From positions 2,523 to 34,522 of the forward strand of contig NZ_JAHDSX010000026.1 in assembly GCF_020969955.1 (NCBI RefSeq): DNA of 32,000 nucleotides, read 5' to 3'. Positions 25,501 through 32,000 of this stretch are shown in pieces. The stretch comes from Allobaculum fili. GTDB lineage: Bacteria > Bacillota_I > Bacilli_A > Erysipelotrichales > Erysipelotrichaceae. The stretch's first letter is position 1. Each line of letters begins with the position of its first letter. The notes under the pieces were generated by a model. That model was not told the origin of the DNA. It did no database searches and saw only the letters and a program-made list of their open reading frames with translations. Position numbers and translations under genes: made by a program.

Positions 25501-28107
25501 AGTGAGATTCGTATTCGAATTCGTTACGGAGATGCCCGGAGTAAGGGAGGCGGATTTTCCGGTGTTTACCAGAACGATGCGCGAATCCGAACCGGAAGCG
25601 CTGGAGGCGATGACTTTGTAAATGCCGCTCTGGGCGTTAAGCTCGCCTGCGCTTGTGATCGAGGCCTGATCCGTGGCAGTTCCATCGAGTGCCGTAACCG
25701 ACCAGGTGACGGTTTCGCCTTCCGGTGTCTTAGCCGTAAAGTTCGATGCAGCGCCGACTACGGTGTTGTCCTTCTGATCGATCGTGACGGCAGAACCGGT
25801 CGTGCTTTCCGAAATTGTCACTTCGATCGGATCGGAATAGAGCAGCGAATGATCCCATTTTGTCCAGGCGTATACCTGAGTCGTACCAGCGGATACGCCG
25901 GTGATGTTTCCAGAATCATCCACGGAAGCGATCGCGGGATCGGCGGACAGATAATGAATGGCGCCTGCAGAAGCTGAAGCTGCTCCGGGTTTGGACGTCG
26001 TCAGCGTAACCGCATCGTTGGTAATGTGAATCTGATCTTCCGGGGTGTTGTCGCGATAGGCGTACAGTTTCTGGCCGTTGTCGTACGTATTCGAGTCGAT
26101 GACTACGTTTTTCGACTTGGCGAACTCGTACATGTTTTCCGTATTGCCCGTGCGGGAAGATCCGCTAAGCGTGACGGATGACTGCGTGCTGGCTCCGGCA
26201 GCAAGACGGATGTGCTTGCTGAGGTCGCCGATTGTGAAGGCAAGATCCGGGTTGGTTCGCAAAATCGTGTTGTTTCGAATCGTCAGATTTTCAACGCTTT
26301 CGGCTTTCACGACGGTATCGGAATCCATGTGGAACGTATTGCCTTCGATCGTGATGTTTTTATGAATTGGATTTTCATAGCCCGGCAGTCCGCCGTTTTT
26401 GGTTACCGGATGAATATAGATTGCGGAACGGTATTCCCAGCCGCGTTCGCCGGAATCCTTAATGTAGAACGTGTTGTTTCGAATGGTCATGTCGCGGATC
26501 GGACCGGATTCATACCACTGATCGGAGTCGTTGGACAGGAAGATCGTAGCCATCGACGTGTTGTAGAACGTGTTGTTTTCGATCAGCGTTTTCTTGCGCG
26601 TCGTGCACAAAATGGCACGGGCTGCCAGGTCGCGGAACGTATTGTTTCGGATCGTGACTTCCGGGGTGTACGTAATGTTTTCCGCAACGTATTTCGGTTC
26701 GGATCCGATCTTATCGGTCAGATAGGAAGGCAGTTCTTCATCAAATTCAATGACCATCGTCTTGAGATCGTTGCCGTCTTCGCCTGGATTGGAGATGACG
26801 TTTTTAACGGTATAGACCGTTTCGTTATCCGCCGACTGAAGCAGGTCGCGAGAGAAGAATTGAACCTGGTCGCCGACATGAAACTGCGGAAAGCCGCCCT
26901 GCTGGGCATGAATGTACTTGAGCTGGAGCCTGTGGTCGTCCAGTTTCTGCTCAACGCGGGTGAAGGTTCCGTGAATGTTGATCGGATCATCGTGCAAAGC
27001 CGCAAACCGGCAGTTTTCAATGACGAGCTTGCCGGCGGCACCGGAAGCGTGAATGCCGTCCGCGTAGCTCGCGACGATATGACCGGAATTGGCTCTGGGT
27101 TCCATGGAACATTCATAGAAATAGACGTCTTTGGCCATCTGGAGCAGCCAGCCAAACCCGTGCATGTAATGGACATGCACTTTGCGCGCGGTAACGTTTT
27201 CGGATTCCCAGATCAGGGCACCGGCGGTTTCACGAACCGCAGCGGAGTTGAACTGCAGGGTCATGCCGACTTTCTGCATGGACGGACGGGAAGAGTTATA
27301 GACGAATTTCAGAATGGTTCCGTCGGTTCCTTCCACCGGCGTAATCGAGGTTACGTTATTGAACGGGTTTTCGGCATTCGTGCCAAAGCGGCGGGTAAAT
27401 TCGCCAGTCGCGTCGGTCGCGGAAATCGCGTACGTATTTTCGTGAATGCCGGTTTTCGTCCAGTACGTCTTTCCGGTATAGGGAGAGGGTTCGCTCGTCC
27501 AGCGGAACGTGGTTCCGTCGATCTGATACGGGAAGCACTTGGGAACGTAAAATTCCGTGACATCCTTGCCGTTTTCGCTGTACATGCGCGAAACGGTCAT
27601 TTCGGATGTGGTTGGTACCGCAAAATCCCAGGAGAAGTCATGCAGGGTAATGTTTTTGGAATGAGTGACCGCAAGAGCCATCATGTTGCCGTGCATCATG
27701 AAAAGCGATCCGTTGCCCTCGAGAGTCAGATCCTGCTGATCTTCAATGAGAATGCCGATTGTCTTGGTCGGATAGTCGGTGGAACTCGTATTGGACGTGT
27801 GAATTTCACGTGTCGCCGCAAAGTCCCTGTAAATCTGGTATTCGCCCTTTTCAAAGGAAACCGTAACCGGCTTTCCGGACGTTTCCCGCAGTTCTTTTGC
27901 GGCGGCAAGTGCTTTTTGAATCGCCTGCGTCGAGTCTTTCGTACCGGTTGGATCCGCACCAAAATCGGAAGCGTGAATGACCTGCGCTTCATCGCTGTCG
28001 TTGGCGTAAAGCGGGAGGATCAGGCTTTCACTTAACGGCAGCACCGTACTGGCGGCTACAGAGCTCAATAACCCGAGCGAAAGCATCAGGCGTCCTGGTC
28101 GTTTCAT
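22597..28107 (-). CDS. secreted multidomain right-handed beta-helix glycosidase/lyase-like protein (CAZy family not assignable by eye)
   Basis: 1836 aa from the ATG at 28107, which has AAAGGAA 8 nt upstream; the track start at 28137 is a TTG. After the signal peptide come a DFGADPTGTKDSTQAIQKAL motif and repeated NITI.NNTF beta-helix turns. These are followed by Big_2-like, ConA/LamG-like, about 4 cadherin-like, NPCBM and FIVAR-like modules. Confidence 0.85.
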   Translation of the reverse strand: MKRPGRLMLSLGLLSSVAASTVLPLSESLILPLYANDSDEAQVIHASDFGADPTGTKDSTQAIQKALAAAKELRETSGKPVTVSFEKGEYQIYRDFAATREIHTSNTSSTDYPTKTIGILIEDQQDLTLEGNGSLFMMHGNMMALAVTHSKNITLHDFSWDFAVPTTSEMTVSRMYSENGKDVTEFYVPKCFPYQIDGTTFRWTSEPSPYTGKTYWTKTGIHENTYAISATDATGEFTRRFGTNAENPFNNVTSITPVEGTDGTILKFVYNSSRPSMQKVGMTLQFNSAAVRETAGALIWESENVTARKVHVHYMHGFGWLLQMAKDVYFYECSMEPRANSGHIVASYADGIHASGAAGKLVIENCRFAALHDDPINIHGTFTRVEQKLDDHRLQLKYIHAQQGGFPQFHVGDQVQFFSRDLLQSADNETVYTVKNVISNPGEDGNDLKTMVIEFDEELPSYLTDKIGSEPKYVAENITYTPEVTIRNNTFRDLAARAILCTTRKKTLIENNTFYNTSMATIFLSNDSDQWYESGPIRDMTIRNNTFYIKDSGERGWEYRSAIYIHPVTKNGGLPGYENPIHKNITIEGNTFHMDSDTVVKAESVENLTIRNNTILRTNPDLAFTIGDLSKHIRLAAGASTQSSVTLSGSSRTGNTENMYEFAKSKNVVIDSNTYDNGQKLYAYRDNTPEDQIHITNDAVTLTTSKPGAASASAGAIHYLSADPAIASVDDSGNITGVSAGTTQVYAWTKWDHSLLYSDPIEVTISESTTGSAVTIDQKDNTVVGAASNFTAKTPEGETVTWSVTALDGTATDQASITSAGELNAQSGIYKVIASSASGSDSRIVLVNTGKSASLTPGISVTNSNTNLTLNETEATIALEKGDLYEENNSVKNLILYDIPADTENFATSVHVTGLPIRESGQWDTASFLVFGDADNYLSLGKKSHYDGIATVSETGGSATELGDNAAQNALSDAWLAFVKEGNTVHTYWSADGKTYTSVRDLSATMLTGKSVRIGFAGWHTNPRGKTVTFKDFRFKANTTTLSDLNEETSVSFEHGNAATPVLSNVQLSAETAEAGSPVSVSYDATNPDGGQSSAQVLWTLKNDEGKILSQTLCDSTTYTPAQPGKLTATVYLTSAWGIPAEPKATAECSVTTPASSSIRSIQVNGQTVWTASGTAPDSASIALPAIGEKAEIRVEGAASGWKLDGTAQTTASAVLSLSGKTEWTIANADGSTPVTLNIEQAKDSRCAIKDLKVNDEAFSANSVMTWTGSNTMTISAASDDTASLSLYSALNPAALATAQAGQTLSASVTLKTGMNSFIVASHAEDGINLDKKLVHILYAPDTTAQVTSVKLGDAVLSKEEPNVVSDESTAVLSAAYMGAGRQAYLNGKELAFDAQGHSLLGEIKPGVNELIVKVLAADGISRAVERYTLYAADPANADLYALSVDGKTVSDPMAETYAQTISKSNFEVRAQAMDPDATVILDDGVSRIIGTGSASLNVSLFENSHQVKVFVLSKDGTESHSSTMDFEMAAYLSDLTWSENSTVGYDTIQKDKASSGAAITLCDEEQNGRKYEKGIGSHVNTNIIFSIPANTYSALRGAVGVDYTKHNSIYANITFKILTGSKEAFNSGSMTGTTPLKEFSVPLDGVTQITLNATQPSNNWDGHADFADCKLEMTMPQMQATNLDLTMLTAEIETFPNVRLDSVDAAKKAAWITAIETGSALKKDVLSNAQNTVTQLQIDNAAAAIRNARLAMLGETPAVLDYTQLNLLIKTAETIDLNEVTDASKGTFAQDLASAKALVNKALDQAHINAQAKALHASLLALRFTPDSKKLDGLK
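23086..23520 (-). other. NPCBM (NEW2) carbohydrate-binding module within the beta-helix protein
   Basis: The segment reads YLSDLTWSENSTVGYDTIQKDKASSG...YEKGIGSHVNTNIIFSI...LRGAVGVDY...ITFKI...GHADFADCKLEM, which follows the NPCBM pattern. Confidence 0.75.
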
Positions 28108-28129
28108 AAGTTTTTCCTTTCTTTTCTTT

Positions 28130-28156
28130 GCAGGCAAAAAAACAGCCTGCTTTTTT
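28130..28156. promoter_or_regulatory. GC hairpin in the 5' UTR of the beta-helix gene; it reads as a canonical terminator on the opposite (+) strand
   Basis: GCAGGC-aaaaaaaca-GCCTGC followed by TTTTTT on the plus strand. It lies 10 nt upstream of the RBS on the mRNA strand. Confidence 0.45.
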
Positions 28157-28322
28157 CATTTTTTTCTCTTTTTTGCCGGCTGGATACAGCCGACGATCGT
28201 TTACGCTGATTTGCGCAGCGTCTGTATTTTGGCAGGCTAGACTGACTCTTGAAAAAGCAGAAAAGCCAGTGCAGCATCTGAATGTTCATTGAGCGTGAAC
28301 GGTTTTTCCTTGAAACTATGGA

Positions 28323-28351
28323 TATGTAGGCCCGAATGTGAACCGTGTCAA
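28323..28351 (-). promoter_or_regulatory. candidate promoter of the beta-helix gene
   Basis: On the minus strand: TTGACA, 17-nt spacer, TACATA. This would give a 5' UTR of about 200 nt. The -10 is weak because it lacks the final T. Confidence 0.4.
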
Positions 28352-28545
28352 GCTGGGGAGAAGAGACTTTCTTTTTTGCCCGAAAAGAAGCCGCTTGTGC
28401 GGGGAAACAAACTGTATTTTCATACAAACGCTTACATTTCCTATTCATCTTCTATGGTTTTTGGCGGTTCGTCAAACCAATTTTTAAGACGAATGCTTAA
28501 AAAAGGCGAGTGCCGCTGATGCCCAAAAGAGAGCAGGAAAGAAAG

Positions 28546-28571
28546 AAAAGCGCCCGGAATTGGACGCTTTT
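28546..28571 (-). terminator. terminator downstream of the GH29 gene
   Basis: AAAAGCGCCC-ggaatt-GGACGCTTTT has one mismatch. A T-rich tract follows on the minus strand. Confidence 0.5.
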
Positions 28572-28643
28572 CCAAGAGTTCAAAGGGGGATTTGTATCTC
28601 TGGATTTCCTGCAGGGCAGATCGGAAAGGCGATCGCCTGGAAA

Positions 28644-31600
28644 TCAGTGCAGAGAGGCAAGAAGCGTTTCGTCGGGAAGCAGACGAACTTCAAGCCATGC
28701 CTGGTTGAGTGCTTTGGCGGCCTGATTAATTTCTTCCTGACTGTTCGGATTATCAAATACGGCTTCAGCGCTGGTCAGCTGGGCATTCAGTGCCTGCACG
28801 GCTTCGCCTTCGCCAAACGCGGATGTATCTTCCGGGATCGCGTCGATTGTGGTTTTCAGAACGGTTTTGTCGAGGAGGATCTCTGGCGCTGTGATATCGA
28901 ATTTATCCATCTGCGGAGCCTTGTTTGGCCCAGCTGCAATTTTCAGAACGCCGGCGCCTGGTTTGAGGACGGTCAGCGTAAAAGTTTTCGTATGGGTCGC
29001 GCTTGGGCTATCCGCACCGGCCGTAACGGAACCGGATGCGATTTTTCCACTAGCTTCCGACCAGGCGATTGCGTTGGCGTTCGCGCCGGAACGATAGGAA
29101 AGCGTAAAGGTGTAGTCGCCCGTCTGCTCGGCCACGTACGGAATTTCGATGTAGTCGTTTTCGTTGCAGGAGTCGACGTATTTTCCGTTGCTTGCCCAGT
29201 CGGCCTGCGCAACGTTCAGCTTCCACTGCTCATCCGCTGCGCCGGTGTTGGTAAGAATGGCGTGTTCGGCTTCGAGCGTGGCCTGCTTGCCGTTGGTCGG
29301 GAAGACGAACGGATTGGCTTCGGTATAGTTTTCAAAGTTCGATTCGGTATCGAGAATGGTAATCGCGGCTTTGGAGTTGAAGCCGAGAATCATGTCGGGA
29401 TCGGCACTCGTCAGTTCAACGCTGAACTGCAGGTTTCCGGTCTTATTCGTGTTGCGGCGGGTAACCACGGTAACGTTCTTTTCCATTTCATCCTGCGCAA
29501 AGTGCACCTGATGAATCAGTTCGGTGTTGAAGTCATCCTGGATGGCGGTACCCGGGTTTGGCGAGAAGGTCACATCGACTGGAGCCGTTCCGCCTGTGCG
29601 GACGAGCTTAACCTGAAGCGTTTCGTTTTCGCCCATCGTATAGGCAGCCTGTTCGATGCCGACCATGCCCTTGTTTTCGTTGTTGATCGAATAGAAGGCT
29701 TCGATGCCAGTCGCGCTCGTTTTCGGCGTGATTTTTACGGTGTGCGTGCCGGGTTCTAACGTATCGGTTTCAAAAAGAATCTGGCCGACTTTACGCGGAG
29801 ACTTGGACATGTTGATCGTAACGGCGGGCTTTCCGTCTACTTCGACATCGGCGGTTCCATGTCCGGGATCGAGGGTGCCGACGATGCAGCCTTTGGTTCC
29901 GGTGAACGTCCAGGTCATTGTGGCGCCGCTGCCGGCGTTGACCCATTTGTTCGTGTTGTTCGTATACTGCATGCCGGTTTCGGCGTTCCAGCTGCCAGTA
30001 GTCGTTACGCTTGGGCTGGTGACATCCGTCACGATCATGCCGGTCGGAGCGCCTCCGTTTTTTTCCATGTCTTCGTTGAGCTTATAGGCACCGATTTCAC
30101 TGAGAACCGGAGTTTTTCCATCGGGCGTCGAAACGGTGATTTTCAGTTTCTGCGTACGAAAGGGCGTGGAGCGGATCAGGCGTTTTGGACCGACGGTTAC
30201 GCCGGATTCGAGCGTGTTCCAGTCACCGCTGGCGTTCTGGTATTCCACCTCATAGTGATTGATGCGCTGGCCGTACTGAATGGCTTCTTCCAGGCTGACG
30301 CAGTCCATCTCGCGGGTTTCGCCAAAATCGATCAGCAAGGTACCCGATGATGTACCGTCACAGGTCGACCAGACACTCTGATCGTCTTCATCGACAAGCA
30401 GATCCGGAGAATAGCTGGTCGAATTGCCGCGGACATTGTCGGCTTTTAACGTTACGCCCTCGGCCTGCATCAGGTTGTTGTCGAAGGAATCGCGGATCAT
30501 CTGGCCAAATTCCAGCGTGCGCGTGTTAATGGCTTCATCGAGCGCGCCCTTGTCGTTCAACGGAATGTTCAGCAGCAGGGTAGCGCCATGACCGACGGAG
30601 CCGAAATACATATTGGAAAGATCGGCAAGGCTCTTTGGCGTTTTCTTGGAGTTGCCCCAGAACCAGCCGGAGGTAATGCGCGCGTCGGCTTCCGGAACGG
30701 CCCACTGGTTGCCGTTTTCAAAACCGAGAGAATAGCCGCCGCTCTTGTTGTCGCTCATCGTGTTGTGCTCGCGGTCGACATTGACTTTGGACCAGGTATC
30801 CTGGCCGGCGTAGCCGTTTTCGTTGCCGATCCAGCGTACGGTCGTATAGGATTCCGCCCCAAAGAGCATACAGTCGGCGTCAAAGCCGGCTTCCACGCCT
30901 TCGTTTTTCTGGATGGTCGCAAACCAGCGCTGAAAATCGTATTCCTGCGCGTTGGCGCCAGATCCTTTGGCGCCGTCCATCCACACTTCGACGAAGTGGC
31001 CGTTGTTTCCATATTTATCGCTGCCCAGAATTTCTTCGAGCTGATTGTTGTAGTAGTCGTTGTAGTCGAGGACGTCGTTTTCTTCCGTGGTCGGATTGCC
31101 GTTGGCGTCCTTATAGCCGTAGCTGGGATCGTGAATGTCCCATGGCGAGAGGTACAGACCCATATCGAGGTCGTATTTCGTGCAGGCAGCCGACAGGTCG
31201 GCGAGCACATCGCCCTGTCCGTTTTTGTAGCCGGCTGTCGCGCAGTTATAGGTTGAATAGGCGGTGTTCCAGATGCAGAAGCCGTCATGGTGCTTCGCGG
31301 TGACGATCAGCTTTTTAAAGCCGGCGTCCTTGAGCGTTTTTACAAAGTTATCCGCATCGACATCACGGTCCAGGCGGAAAATATCCGACGGCGCGCGATT
31401 GCCGTAGCTTTCGCCCCATTCAATTTCATTGAACGTATTGGGTCCAAAGTGGCAGAAGGCAGCCAGTTCATCTTTCTGATAGCGGAACTGGTTGGCGTTG
31501 GGAAGTACATCGTCTTTAGCGGGTGCAGCCGTTTCGGTATCGCTCAGATTTGCGGATCCGATCCAGGTTTCTTCATCGCCCGCAGCCAGCAGCTGGAAAG

Positions 31601-31670
31601 GGGAGCAGAGCAGACTGGCCGAGGAAGCCGCCGCAAGCATCCAGGCGGTACAGCGTTTCGAAAATTTCAT
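28644..31670 (-). CDS. secreted GH29 alpha-L-fucosidase (GH29-B-like) with F5/8-type-C, Calx-beta-like, CBM6/35-like and FIVAR-like modules
   Basis: 1008 aa from the ATG at 31670 (MKFSKRCTAWMLAAASSASLL..., AAGGA 10 nt upstream). The catalytic region contains FCHFGPNTF, TAKHHDGFCIW and GLYLSPWD (30471-31499). The discoidin-like domain is at 30126-30458, the Calx-beta-like at 29346-29663 and the CBM6/35-like at 28926-29288. Confidence 0.88.
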   Translation of the reverse strand: MKFSKRCTAWMLAAASSASLLCSPFQLLAAGDEETWIGSANLSDTETAAPAKDDVLPNANQFRYQKDELAAFCHFGPNTFNEIEWGESYGNRAPSDIFRLDRDVDADNFVKTLKDAGFKKLIVTAKHHDGFCIWNTAYSTYNCATAGYKNGQGDVLADLSAACTKYDLDMGLYLSPWDIHDPSYGYKDANGNPTTEENDVLDYNDYYNNQLEEILGSDKYGNNGHFVEVWMDGAKGSGANAQEYDFQRWFATIQKNEGVEAGFDADCMLFGAESYTTVRWIGNENGYAGQDTWSKVNVDREHNTMSDNKSGGYSLGFENGNQWAVPEADARITSGWFWGNSKKTPKSLADLSNMYFGSVGHGATLLLNIPLNDKGALDEAINTRTLEFGQMIRDSFDNNLMQAEGVTLKADNVRGNSTSYSPDLLVDEDDQSVWSTCDGTSSGTLLIDFGETREMDCVSLEEAIQYGQRINHYEVEYQNASGDWNTLESGVTVGPKRLIRSTPFRTQKLKITVSTPDGKTPVLSEIGAYKLNEDMEKNGGAPTGMIVTDVTSPSVTTTGSWNAETGMQYTNNTNKWVNAGSGATMTWTFTGTKGCIVGTLDPGHGTADVEVDGKPAVTINMSKSPRKVGQILFETDTLEPGTHTVKITPKTSATGIEAFYSINNENKGMVGIEQAAYTMGENETLQVKLVRTGGTAPVDVTFSPNPGTAIQDDFNTELIHQVHFAQDEMEKNVTVVTRRNTNKTGNLQFSVELTSADPDMILGFNSKAAITILDTESNFENYTEANPFVFPTNGKQATLEAEHAILTNTGAADEQWKLNVAQADWASNGKYVDSCNENDYIEIPYVAEQTGDYTFTLSYRSGANANAIAWSEASGKIASGSVTAGADSPSATHTKTFTLTVLKPGAGVLKIAAGPNKAPQMDKFDITAPEILLDKTVLKTTIDAIPEDTSAFGEGEAVQALNAQLTSAEAVFDNPNSQEEINQAAKALNQAWLEVRLLPDETLLASLH

Positions 31671-31714
31671 AAGCATCATTCCTTTTTTCTCAGTCAGAGG
31701 GGAGTGTGCTTTCT

Positions 31715-31746
31715 CATTTGCCCGAAGGAAGAAGACCCGGCAAATG
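31715..31746 (-). promoter_or_regulatory. 5'-UTR hairpin of the GH29 gene
   Basis: CATTTGCC...GGCAAATG is an 8-9 bp stem with no U-tract, located between the candidate promoter and the RBS. Confidence 0.4.
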
Positions 31747-31797
31747 CGTGCCCGGCAGACCAAATGCTTCTTCGTGGAGAAAGCGCTTTCCAGTTTA

Positions 31798-31826
31798 AGC
31801 TTACCATGAAGTGTACCCCATGTCAA
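31798..31826 (-). promoter_or_regulatory. candidate extended -10 promoter of the GH29 gene
   Basis: On the minus strand: TTGACA, 17-nt spacer ending in TGG, then TAAGCT (TGn-extended -10). Confidence 0.5.
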
Positions 31827-31899
31827 GGACACGATAATTAGAGAGAACCCTTTGTTCGGACACGTTATCCCTATTATCTGTTTGTCTGTTGTTTGAGCA

Positions 31900-31917
31900 G
31901 GATTTGTGAACAAATCC
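31900..31917. promoter_or_regulatory. perfect 18-bp palindrome GGATTTGT-ga-ACAAATCC upstream of the GH29 promoter
   Basis: Read directly. It has 8-bp arms and lies about 75 nt upstream of the -35. It is an operator candidate with a GT-N-AC type core. Confidence 0.4.
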
Positions 31918-32000
31918 GATGAAGCGATGCGCTCAGAGTTTTTCTGAAGCGCTCCTTTACAGAGGGTTGCCCCCTGGTACACTGCTGAGCCTTCAGCTGA

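Noticed and set aside
28104-28448. 114-aa highly basic minus-strand ORF in the GH29/beta-helix intergenic region, and plus-strand ORFs at 28289-28519 and 28510-28725.
   Set aside because: They have low-complexity Lys/Arg/Ser composition and no RBS. They overlap promoter, terminator and UTR structures, so they are most likely non-coding leader.
31671-31982. 104-codon upstream extension of the GH29 ORF in the track (start at 31982).
   Set aside because: The extension runs through the candidate promoter and the UTR hairpin. A typical signal peptide begins at the ATG at 31670, which has correctly spaced AAGGA.
1-32000. Search for mobile elements, prophage or defence islands, toxin-antitoxin pairs, and tRNA or rRNA genes.
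   Set aside because: I recognised no transposase, integrase or recombinase motifs, no long terminal inverted repeats, no abrupt composition shift except the short AT-rich promoter region at 693-1013, no cloverleaf-like tRNA sequences and no defence-gene signatures. The window reads as core metabolism plus ordinary accessory surface enzymes.

Overview
The window looks like chromosomal DNA from a moderate-GC Bacillota (Firmicutes)-type anaerobe. This is inferred from gene content, GGAGG-type ribosome-binding sites (RBS) and rho-independent terminators.

Left half (1.5-15.6 kb): a de novo purine biosynthesis cluster.
- purC-purB lie on the minus strand, divergent from purE-purL-purM-purN-purH on the plus strand. 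purL is a single-chain 1236-aa form.
- purD-fhs follow after a 311-nt structured spacer.
- purF, purK and separate purS/purQ are not in the window.
- tpx and an orphan BlaI/CopY-like regulator sit to the left of the cluster.

Right half:
- a divergent MATE efflux / LysR regulator pair
- a secreted S1-type serine protease with three DUF5648-like C-terminal repeats
- corA
- an alpha/beta hydrolase whose N-terminal membrane anchor is out of frame
- two very large secreted glycan-active proteins in tandem on the minus strand. One is an 1836-aa beta-helix protein with Ig-like, cadherin-like, NPCBM and FIVAR-like modules. The other is a 1008-aa GH29 fucosidase with F5/8-type-C, Calx-beta-like, CBM6/35-like and FIVAR-like modules.

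I saw no rRNA or tRNA genes, CRISPR arrays, transposases, integrases or recognisable defence genes, and I cannot support a claim of a novel multi-gene system.

Items most worth a second look:
1. An unclassified structured leader plus terminator in front of purE, inside an unusually long 910-bp non-coding divergent region that also carries tandem repeats.
2. A 22-nt segment flanked by 8-bp direct repeats that frameshifts the hydrolase.
3. The beta-helix enzyme, whose CAZy family I cannot assign.
4. A C-terminal peptide shared by both giant proteins that ends at the same residue, with no classical anchor.

All long antisense ORFs in the track are codon-aligned shadow ORFs.
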